Source of the DNA: Patescibacteria group bacterium
GTDB lineage: Bacteria; Patescibacteriota; Minisyncoccia; Minisyncoccales; UBA10102
Assembly (NCBI GenBank): GCA_022563395.1
Contig: JADFNM010000001.1
Coordinates: 526,342-590,341 of the forward strand
Length of the DNA stretch: 64,000 nt
Reading direction: 5' to 3'
Every line of letters starts with the position of its first letter. The stretch's first letter is position 1. The notes beneath the pieces are model-generated. The model did not search any database, was not told the origin of the DNA, and was given only the letters and a program-made list of their open reading frames with translations. Both the position numbers and the translations under genes were made by a program. Below, one piece after another: positions 50,720 through 57,969 of the stretch.

Positions 50720-50962
50720 CGCTTGTTCACTTGATTAGTTTCTGAGATGGCCCCTGGCCGCGAGTCCTTTCCACCTTCCAGACAGGCCAGGTCGGATGTT
50801 TGAGTTCCCGTTCGTTTGGCGGGGGCCATCTCTCGTCCCTTTGAAGGCGCGCACAGGTGTGCGCCGTATAGAGCCCCGCTGCAAAGCGTCCGCGCGGGGC
50901 CCCCGATCCCGGGCGTCGTTTCTCTCGCTCCCCCGAGCGCAGACGACGCCCCTTTTTCTTTT
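50720..50962 (+). ncRNA. GC-rich structured RNA candidate of unknown class (promoter to terminator)
   Basis: 11-bp helix 50744-50754 / 50822-50832. Hairpins at 50846-50865 and at GCCCCGC/GCGGGGC (50873-50879 / 50894-50900). Terminator GGGCGTCGT / ACGACGCCC (50911-50951) followed by CTTTTTCTTTT. No credible ORF. Confidence 0.45.
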
Positions 50963-50994
50963 CCAAAGAAAACTGATATACTAAAAAAGAAATC

Positions 50995-51043
50995 ATCGCA
51001 TATCTCCTAAACAAAATTAAGGAAAACCTTAATTTTGTTCAGG
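50995..51043. repeat. R1 repeat copy (variant) with GCATATCTCC flank
   Basis: ATCGCATATCTCCTAAACAAAATTAAGGAAAACCTTAATTTTGTTCAGG. Confidence 0.85.
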
Positions 51044-51052
51044 AACTACTGT

Positions 51053-51643
51053 ATGCAATCCTCCTTACTTTCTCAACAGGATTTTCCAAGAGTAGTCAAG
51101 AAAGCAACAGCGGCGCTTTTGAAAGGAAAGGTGCTTGTTTGCCCCACGGATACGGTCTATGGTTTGTTGGCAGACGCCACGAGCAGGAAAGCTGTACAAA
51201 AGGTGTTTTTAGTGAAGGGAAGAGAGAAGGGAAAACCTCTGCCCATCTTTGTAAAGGACATTGCCATGGCAAAGACCCTTGCAAAGGTCTCTTTCTTGCA
51301 AGAAAAGTATATGAGAAGAGTGTGGCCGGGAAAGGTGACTCTTGTGCTGAAAAGCAGGGGAAAGCTGCCCAGAGAAACTGGGACTGCAGAGCGTATTGGT
51401 CTTCGCATTCCAAAGTATGCCTTTGTTCAGCAGCTTTTAGCGAACCTTAGTAGACCTCTTACCGGGACTTCAGCCAACCTTGCAGGGAAACCTTCTTTGT
51501 TTGAGAGCAAGAAGGTGATAGTGCAGTTTCAAAAAAGAAGGCAGCAGCCAGATATAATGTTTGATGCCGGTAAACTCTCTCGTTCTCACCCCTCAAAAGT
51601 GCTCGATATTACAGGAATAAAGCCAAAAGTCTTACGTAAATAG
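51053..51643 (+). CDS. tsaC: L-threonylcarbamoyladenylate synthase (YrdC/TsaC domain)
   Basis: 196 aa from the ATG: LKGKVLVCPTDTVYGLLADA, ...RVWPGKVTLVL, GLRIP, TSANLAGKP. Confidence 0.85.
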   Translation: MQSSLLSQQDFPRVVKKATAALLKGKVLVCPTDTVYGLLADATSRKAVQKVFLVKGREKGKPLPIFVKDIAMAKTLAKVSFLQEKYMRRVWPGKVTLVLKSRGKLPRETGTAERIGLRIPKYAFVQQLLANLSRPLTGTSANLAGKPSLFESKKVIVQFQKRRQQPDIMFDAGKLSRSHPSKVLDITGIKPKVLRK

Positions 51644-51649
51644 TTTCTT

Positions 51650-52852
51650 ATGGTTCTTCCTTTAGATTTCCATCATTACTTTGAGTACCTCTTAAAGCGC
51701 GACGTTACGAAGCTCTACATTGCTATTGCTATTCGCAACCTGGCTTTGGGCATGGTGCTTTTGTTTGAGCCAATTTATATCTATCTGTTTTTTGGAGAAT
51801 CCTTGCCCCTTACCATTTTGTTTTTTGCCGTTATCTATGGCATGTATGGAGTATTAGCTCCGTTTAGTGGAATGATTATGGGAAAAATAGGGCCCACCAA
51901 GACTATTCTTATCAGTCTCTTTTTATACTTTAGCTATTACCTTGCTTTGTTTTTCTTGCCGCAGTCCTTATGGCTTCTGCCCCTTGCCATCATTTTGGCG
52001 GTTTTCGCCATGCTTTTGTTTTGGACTGCCTTTGATACGGACTTTGCCAGGTTTTCCTCAAGGCAGAGCAGAGGAGGGGATGTGGGAAAGCTCAACGTCA
52101 TGAAACTGTTTCCCATGATTGTAGCTCCTGTTATTGGAGGATGGATACTTGTTGTGTTCGGGTACCCCGTGCTTTTTATGATGGTTCTTGTAGTACTTTT
52201 GGCTTCTACTATTCCCCTGTTTTACTCTAAGGAAACCCATGAGGTATACACCGATTCTTACAAAGAAGCCTGGAAAAGGATGTGGAAAAAAGAGAATGTA
52301 CTTCCCAGTATTGGATTTGCGGCAAACTCAGTGGAGACTGTCATTGCCTTTTTATTCTGGCCCTTGTTTATGTTTCTTTTGGCAACCTCTTTTGATGCAA
52401 TGGGAGCTATTTCCTCCTTTGCCTTGGTTATCTCGGCCCTGTTTATGTTATATGTTGGCAAGGTGTCAGACACACAAGAGCGCCCCTGGCTCTTGAACGT
52501 TGGAGCTTTGTGGACTGGGATTTCTTGGGTTATTAAGTTCTTTGTGGGTACCACTTTCGATGCCCTCCTTGCGCACACCCTCTATCGCATTTCCAGGTCC
52601 GCTGCCGCTGTGCCCTTTGGAACCTTCTTTTACGAACGAGCTGCAGCAAAGGGACCGGAGACAGATGAGTTTGTGGTGAATAGACAAATCATACAGGGCG
52701 TCTCCAGGGGAGTATTTTTGCTTCTTGCCGCCGCCGCGTTTTGGATTGTTCCGAACCTCCCTCTTCAGGCTGTGTTCTTTGTAGCAGCAGTTTTGTCTCT
52801 TGGGTTCATGTTTTCTGGAAAGCTCCCATTTTCTTTTAATCGCCATGGATAA
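51650..52852 (+). CDS. MFS-type transporter
   Basis: 400 aa with about 12 TM segments. No specific substrate motif is recognised. Confidence 0.55.
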   Translation: MVLPLDFHHYFEYLLKRDVTKLYIAIAIRNLALGMVLLFEPIYIYLFFGESLPLTILFFAVIYGMYGVLAPFSGMIMGKIGPTKTILISLFLYFSYYLALFFLPQSLWLLPLAIILAVFAMLLFWTAFDTDFARFSSRQSRGGDVGKLNVMKLFPMIVAPVIGGWILVVFGYPVLFMMVLVVLLASTIPLFYSKETHEVYTDSYKEAWKRMWKKENVLPSIGFAANSVETVIAFLFWPLFMFLLATSFDAMGAISSFALVISALFMLYVGKVSDTQERPWLLNVGALWTGISWVIKFFVGTTFDALLAHTLYRISRSAAAVPFGTFFYERAAAKGPETDEFVVNRQIIQGVSRGVFLLLAAAAFWIVPNLPLQAVFFVAAVLSLGFMFSGKLPFSFNRHG

Positions 52853-54179
52853 AAAAAACTTACAACAACAAGACCCAAAAATTGCAGGATTCATTAAAGA
52901 AGAGCTGCAGCGGAGAAGAGACGGCTTGGAAATGATTCCTTCAGAAAACCATACCTCGCTTGCGGTGCTGGAGGCTTTAGGTTCCATACTTACCGACAAG
53001 TATTCAGAAGGATACCCTGGTAAGAGATACTACGCGGGAAACGAGATTATAGACAAGGTGGAGAGCTTGGCCCAAGAGAGAGCAAAAAAGGCCTTTGGTG
53101 TGCCCCATGCTAATGTGCAGCCTTTGTCTGGGGCTCCTGCAAACAGCGCCGTATATCTTGCGGTATGTGAGCCAGGAGACGTTATTATGGGCCAGAACTT
53201 GGCTGACGGAGGTCACCTTACGCATGGAGCAAAAGGCACCTTTTCCGCACGATTCTACAAAAGTGTCCCATACTATGTTGAGCAGGATGGCTCTATTGAT
53301 TTTGAGAGAGTTCGCAGCGCAGCTTTAAAGAATAAGCCAAAGTTAATATGGGTGGGAGCTTCTGCCTACCCCAAGCTCTTTCCTTTTAAAGAAATGGCAG
53401 AGATTGCAGATGAAGTGGGAGCGTATTTGGTAGCCGACATTGCTCACGTTGCAGGGTTGGTTCTCGCTGGGGCTCATCCAAGTCCCGTTCCTTTTGTGCA
53501 TATCATTACCACCACCACGCACAAGACCCTGCGTGGTCCTAGGGGTGCCATTATTATGGTGACCCAGAAGGGGTTGGATAAGGATGCAGATTTGGCAAAG
53601 AAGGTGGATAAAGCAGTGTTTCCGGCTGGTATTCAGGCCGGTCCCCACAACCACCAGACAGCAGCCATTGCCGTTGCCTTGAAAGAAGCAATGACCCCGG
53701 AGTTTAAAGAGTACGGCCAGCAGATTGTGAGAAATGCAAAGGCGTTAGCTGAATCCTTAAAAGAAGAAGGGCTGCACCTGGTTTCCGGAGGGACAGACAA
53801 CCACATGATACTCGTTGACCTTACCCCATTTGGAAAGGGGACTGGGGTGTTTGCGCAAGATGCCTTAGATAAGGCCGGAATCACAGTAAACAAGAACACC
53901 ATTCCCAAAGATCCTTCCTCTCCCTTTTATCCAAGCGGTGTTCGTTTGGGCACTCCTGCCATTACGACAAGAGGCATGAAAGAAAAAGAGATGGCACAGA
54001 TTGGAAAATGGATTGCAGAGGTTATCCATGAAGTAAAAGGTTATCAGCTTCCAGAAACAAAAGAAGAACGCATTGCGTATCTCAAGCAGTTCAAGAAAGA
54101 CATTGCAGAGAACCAAAAGCTTAAGGATGTAAAAAAGCAGGTAAAGAAACTTTGCAGCAAGTTTCCCCTTCCATATTAA
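52845..54179 (+). CDS. glyA: Serine hydroxymethyltransferase
   Basis: 444 aa from ATG 52845 (8-nt overlap with the MFS gene). Motifs LEMIPSENHTS, YPGKRYYAGNE, and the PLP site TTTTHKTLRGPRG. Confidence 0.95.
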   Translation: MDKKNLQQQDPKIAGFIKEELQRRRDGLEMIPSENHTSLAVLEALGSILTDKYSEGYPGKRYYAGNEIIDKVESLAQERAKKAFGVPHANVQPLSGAPANSAVYLAVCEPGDVIMGQNLADGGHLTHGAKGTFSARFYKSVPYYVEQDGSIDFERVRSAALKNKPKLIWVGASAYPKLFPFKEMAEIADEVGAYLVADIAHVAGLVLAGAHPSPVPFVHIITTTTHKTLRGPRGAIIMVTQKGLDKDADLAKKVDKAVFPAGIQAGPHNHQTAAIAVALKEAMTPEFKEYGQQIVRNAKALAESLKEEGLHLVSGGTDNHMILVDLTPFGKGTGVFAQDALDKAGITVNKNTIPKDPSSPFYPSGVRLGTPAITTRGMKEKEMAQIGKWIAEVIHEVKGYQLPETKEERIAYLKQFKKDIAENQKLKDVKKQVKKLCSKFPLPY

Positions 54180-54183
54180 TTCT

Positions 54184-54262
54184 TTAATCTCGTTTAGTTA
54201 TCCACGCCCCTTCGGGTCTGAAGCCCTTCAGGGTCTGAACGACTTAATGAGATTAAGTTTAG
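54184..54262. repeat. Composite: R1 arms separated by a GC-rich F2-like insert
   Basis: The left arm TTAATCTCGTTTAG (54184-54197) and right arm CTTAATGAGATTAAG (54243-54257) are split. The insert is GCCCCTTCGGGTCTGAAGCCCTTCAGGGTCTGAACGA, itself an imperfect direct duplication. Confidence 0.7.
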
Positions 54263-54273
54263 GATACTGCATT

Positions 54274-55110
54274 ATGGTCCACATTCTTTCTGGTGAAACA
54301 ATAGCTCGGCGGATTCTCAGTAATCTGAAAAAGAAGAAAACGAGGGAAAGACTCTCTCTTGTTGTAGTTCAGGTTGGGGGGAATCCAGTGTCTTTAAAGT
54401 ATGTGGAAGAGAAGCGAAAGGTTGCCAAAGAGCTTGGTGTTACATTCCATTTCGTTGTTCTCCCCTCAAATGTCTCTCAAACGAAATTTGAGCAACAGAT
54501 AAAAAAGATGGGCAAAGACAAAAAGGTTTCTGGCATGATAGTGCAGCTTCCTCTGCCAAGGCGGTTGAATACCCAGCGTGTTTTAGACTGTATCCCCATA
54601 GAAAAAGATGTGGATGTGCTGTCTTCAGCTTCCTTCTCGGATTTTGTCCTGGGAACTCTGCCCATTTTGCCTCCCACAGTTGCTGCAATTGGTTTATTGC
54701 TTAAAAAAGCCAAGAAAAACCTGGAGAGTACAAAGGTTGCCGTGGTGGGAGTTGGCAGGTTGGTGGGCTTGCCTACTGCTCTGTGGCTGGTTCAACAGGG
54801 AGCCACCATTTCTTTGGTTCAGAAAGGGACAAGGAACGCTTCCCAGTTGATTTCAAAAGCGGACATCGTCATTTCCGGAGTAGGAAAGCCAGGTTTGATA
54901 ACAGGCAAGATGATAAAAAAGGGAGCTGTGGTGATTGATGCTGGAACCTCGGTGGAATATGTTAGACCTCCGAGGTCTAACATGATAAAGGGGGATATAG
55001 ATTTTGAGAGTGTTTCAAAAAAGGCAAGCTTCCTGAGCCCTGTCCCGGGAGGCGTTGGCCCTTTGACCGTTGCTTGTTTATTTAAAAATCTTTTCTTACT
55101 CAATGACTGA
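54274..55110 (+). CDS. folD: Bifunctional methylene-THF dehydrogenase / methenyl-THF cyclohydrolase
   Basis: 278 aa from ATG 54274. Motifs VQVGGNPVS..YV, IVQLPLP, VVGVGRLVG.P, and PVPGGVGPLTVA. Confidence 0.9.
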   Translation: MVHILSGETIARRILSNLKKKKTRERLSLVVVQVGGNPVSLKYVEEKRKVAKELGVTFHFVVLPSNVSQTKFEQQIKKMGKDKKVSGMIVQLPLPRRLNTQRVLDCIPIEKDVDVLSSASFSDFVLGTLPILPPTVAAIGLLLKKAKKNLESTKVAVVGVGRLVGLPTALWLVQQGATISLVQKGTRNASQLISKADIVISGVGKPGLITGKMIKKGAVVIDAGTSVEYVRPPRSNMIKGDIDFESVSKKASFLSPVPGGVGPLTVACLFKNLFLLND

Positions 55111-55558
55111 TATCATCGTTTTTCTTGGAGAATATCTTTCACATATCCTCATTGCCGGGATTTTGGTGTTTTGGTGGGAGAATAAAAAGAGATACCCCAA
55201 ATTTTTGTGGGAGTCTTTTCTTGCAGCCTTACTTTCCAGAGGCATTATCACCGAGCTCATACGGTTCTTTTGGGAAAGACCAAGGCCGTTTGTTGAACAA
55301 AACATTACTCCCTTAATTGAACACGCAGCTTCTGCTTCTTTTCCCTCTGGCCACGCAACCTTCTTTTTTGCGCTTGGAACCATTCTCTTTTTCTATAACA
55401 AAACAGCAGGAGCTTTGTTCCTACTGGGAGCCGCAGTTCTTACTTCAGCTCGGGTATTTGCCTTTCTCCACTGGCCCTCTGATATTATTGGAGGAGCTGT
55501 AATCGGGATTGCCTCAGCATTTCTCGTTGTTCAGCTCTCTCGGAGGTTTTTTAAATAG
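55103..55558 (+). CDS. PAP2 family phosphatase (undecaprenyl-diphosphatase-like)
   Basis: 151 aa. Motifs RPRP, SFPSGHA and HWPSD, with 4 TM segments. It overlaps the folD stop by 8 nt. Confidence 0.75.
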   Translation: MTDIIVFLGEYLSHILIAGILVFWWENKKRYPKFLWESFLAALLSRGIITELIRFFWERPRPFVEQNITPLIEHAASASFPSGHATFFFALGTILFFYNKTAGALFLLGAAVLTSARVFAFLHWPSDIIGGAVIGIASAFLVVQLSRRFFK

Positions 55559-55823
55559 TGCAGTATTCATTGCTCAACCGAGTCTAGCAATCTATAACCC
55601 CTAAAAAATAAGGTCCTGATAAAAGTTACCACGACCAAGTGAGGAACGAGGAAGGGTTGAGACAAATAAGGGACCGATTGTTTCCACCGGGATCCCCATC
55701 ATAATGTCAACCATCAGGATATTCAAACCCAACCCCCTTGTTTTTATACGTTTTCCAATTTGCGGTTTTATCTTTCACTCTCTTTTCTGCCTTCGGAAAC
55801 TCTACGGGAGTTGTTACTGTTGG

Positions 55824-57863
55824 CTACTCCTGTGTTGGTGGATCAGAAGGTTTGTTTCGGAGTATTCGATATGCCAACGCCGCTCCAGCAACTAAAATTA
55901 TAATCACAATACTAATGCCGATGATTGTCGGCAGCCAGCGACGCAAAGGAGATTGGGCTGGCTGGGATTGATTGGATTGCTGGGGCTGAGTATTCAATTG
56001 TGGATCTTGGTTGATTGTGGGCGTAGGTGCAGGCGTAGGTGTGGATGTAGGTGTGGTCGTATCATATCCTGCAGAGGAGGTAGCTGCTACGGAGAATGAA
56101 ATAGAATAATCACTTGTATTTTTGTTGCCCGCTGTGTCTTTGCAGCGTACATAGAAAGTGTAAGAACTTTTGTCGGTAAGGCTGGTGATGAGAGTTGAAT
56201 AGATATTCCCCCAATGCCTGCGAAAAGTATTTGTCATTGAATCATATGCTGTGCCTGCGGCTGCTGAATATCGGCAGGTTGCTGATTCATTGGTTGTAAG
56301 GGAAATATTTGTCTGTGTAATTCCAGAAGTCAGTGTTCCCGATGGTAATGCACTTGAGCGCACCGGAGGAAGAATGTCTTGGGGAGGAGGAACTGCAGCC
56401 GTCTTAAATGTTTGTGTTGTGCTTATAATAAGGTTTCCCGCGGTATCCTTTGATTTAATCCTGTAGTAATAGGTTGTGTTTGCGGTGAGAGTGAAGAGAT
56501 TGATGACATGGGTTGTGATGAGACTTGAAACAAGGGGTGTGTTGTTTGAGCAGGGACAGGGAGAAGTGCTAAATTCAATTTGGCCATCTGCGGGCTCATT
56601 GGTACTCCAGTTAATACTTGCAGTAGATTCTGTAAGATTGGAAATACTGATGTTGGAGATTGAGTCGATGGTGAATGGGTCTACGGTCGGAGCGGGAGGA
56701 GGGGGAGGAGGAGCATTTGGATCAACTAATGGATTTGTACCGTTTTGTATTTCAGTTAAATCATCTACTCCATCGCCATCAGTATCGGCGGTTAAAAAGT
56801 TCGTTTTGTATCCTAACACACCCTGTAATTCAGCCCAGTTCAATATACCATCTCTATCGCTATCATGATTACTAGGAAGTACTCCTTCTTTCATTAGTGC
56901 ATTGTCTTTAGGAAAAACCTCGTCAATTGTGAATGATTCAAAAGAGCAGCCCGTTAAGTCGCATGTAGTTACTTTATCTATTGCACTTACTTGGCCTCTG
57001 TCTATTAGACCCATCTGGAACAGAGTCATATCATGCCAGCTGGCAGCTTCAAAGAACTGTTGGTAAGTTAGCCCAAGATTTTCATATTTTCCATTTGTAT
57101 TCTTTAAATAAAAATCTTTACCTAGATTTAAAAAGTCATTTGCGACTGTATTACGACCATAATGAGAACCCAAGCTATCCGTAAGTCCAAGAGGATTAGA
57201 ATTTGAAAAATCCCCCATAATTACACCCCATTGGTGGACAGTTTCCCGCATTAAAACGCTGGCTTTCCAATAAATATCTTGGACTAATGCACCACACAGC
57301 TTATTTATGTTCGCTAGCCAGTTCAGCCCCTTAAATCTACACGTGTTTACACCGTCACCGCAAAAGTTTTCTGAAGATATCTCGACGTCAAGACGATGAG
57401 GTATAATCTTATGGTCGCAAAACCATGTTCCTTCTGTCCAAGTGTCTGCAATAGTTATGAAATCATAAGTATCTTTTTTGTCTGGATTCTCTCTGTAAAA
57501 CTGGGGGATTGCAGCACGCCAGTATCCAGGACCTGTACCACGTTCAGGAGTCGGTTTATATTCAAACTGATAAAAGTCTGTTGCATCTATTTGACTTCCG
57601 GGAGTTATGCTGTTCCATTTACCTTCAAACAAATTTACAGCTGTTTTCAAATCTTGAATATTGCCCTCTGTTGCTGGAAAACCAGGAATACTAATCAACA
57701 AAGTAGCCATCTTGAATTTGCAAGTGCCAGTTTCGCATTGTGTTTTTGGGGCAATGGCATAAACACTTGATGGCGACAAGCTAGTAAATATAAATCCCAG
57801 AGCACCCGCCAACACGACGATCAAAATAATGAACGCTATGTTTACAAATCCTTTTTGATTCAT
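55824..57863 (-). CDS. Large surface protein: signal/TM anchor, unknown N-domain, TSP3-type Ca-binding repeats, 2x FN3-like, P/T/Q-rich stalk, C-terminal TM
   Basis: 679 aa from ATG 57863 (the track ORF start at 57914 overlaps the tRNA). Features include DSDRDGILNWAE and DTDGDGVDDLTE, a PPPPPPAP linker, two Ig-like repeats, and TTTPTSTPTPAPTPT. The C-terminus is LPTIIGISIVIIILVAGAALAYRILRNK. Confidence 0.7.
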   Translation of the reverse strand: MNQKGFVNIAFIILIVVLAGALGFIFTSLSPSSVYAIAPKTQCETGTCKFKMATLLISIPGFPATEGNIQDLKTAVNLFEGKWNSITPGSQIDATDFYQFEYKPTPERGTGPGYWRAAIPQFYRENPDKKDTYDFITIADTWTEGTWFCDHKIIPHRLDVEISSENFCGDGVNTCRFKGLNWLANINKLCGALVQDIYWKASVLMRETVHQWGVIMGDFSNSNPLGLTDSLGSHYGRNTVANDFLNLGKDFYLKNTNGKYENLGLTYQQFFEAASWHDMTLFQMGLIDRGQVSAIDKVTTCDLTGCSFESFTIDEVFPKDNALMKEGVLPSNHDSDRDGILNWAELQGVLGYKTNFLTADTDGDGVDDLTEIQNGTNPLVDPNAPPPPPPAPTVDPFTIDSISNISISNLTESTASINWSTNEPADGQIEFSTSPCPCSNNTPLVSSLITTHVINLFTLTANTTYYYRIKSKDTAGNLIISTTQTFKTAAVPPPQDILPPVRSSALPSGTLTSGITQTNISLTTNESATCRYSAAAGTAYDSMTNTFRRHWGNIYSTLITSLTDKSSYTFYVRCKDTAGNKNTSDYSISFSVAATSSAGYDTTTPTSTPTPAPTPTINQDPQLNTQPQQSNQSQPAQSPLRRWLPTIIGISIVIIILVAGAALAYRILRNKPSDPPTQE

Positions 57864-57873
57864 ATGGTAGTTG

Positions 57874-57957
57874 TGCCCGGGGTGGGAGTTGAACCCACAC
57901 GGTGTTGCCACCACGGGATTTTGAGTCCCGCATGTCTGCCAGTTCCATCACCCAGGC
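57874..57957 (-). tRNA. tRNA-Leu (anticodon CAA), class II long variable arm
   Basis: Minus-strand cloverleaf: acceptor GCCTGGG/CCCGGGC, anticodon stem CGGGA/TCCCG with loop CT-CAA-AA, variable arm TGGTGGCAACACCGT, T arm GTGGG-TTCAACT-CCCAC. CCA is not encoded. Confidence 0.9.
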
Positions 57958-57969
57958 ATTTTCTTACAA

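Noticed and set aside
50740-50835. Small SRP (4.5S) RNA on the minus strand (CCUGUCU-GGAA-GGUGGAAAGG)
   Set aside because: The GGAA loop is present, but the conserved flanking AGCA/GGUCC symmetric-loop motifs are not. The promoter and terminator signals are on the plus strand.
2893-54262. Could the recurring R1 palindromes be a CRISPR array or a degenerate array?
   Set aside because: Copies are kilobases apart, irregularly spaced, in both arm orders and often inside genes. There is no repeat-spacer periodicity and there are no cas genes in the window.
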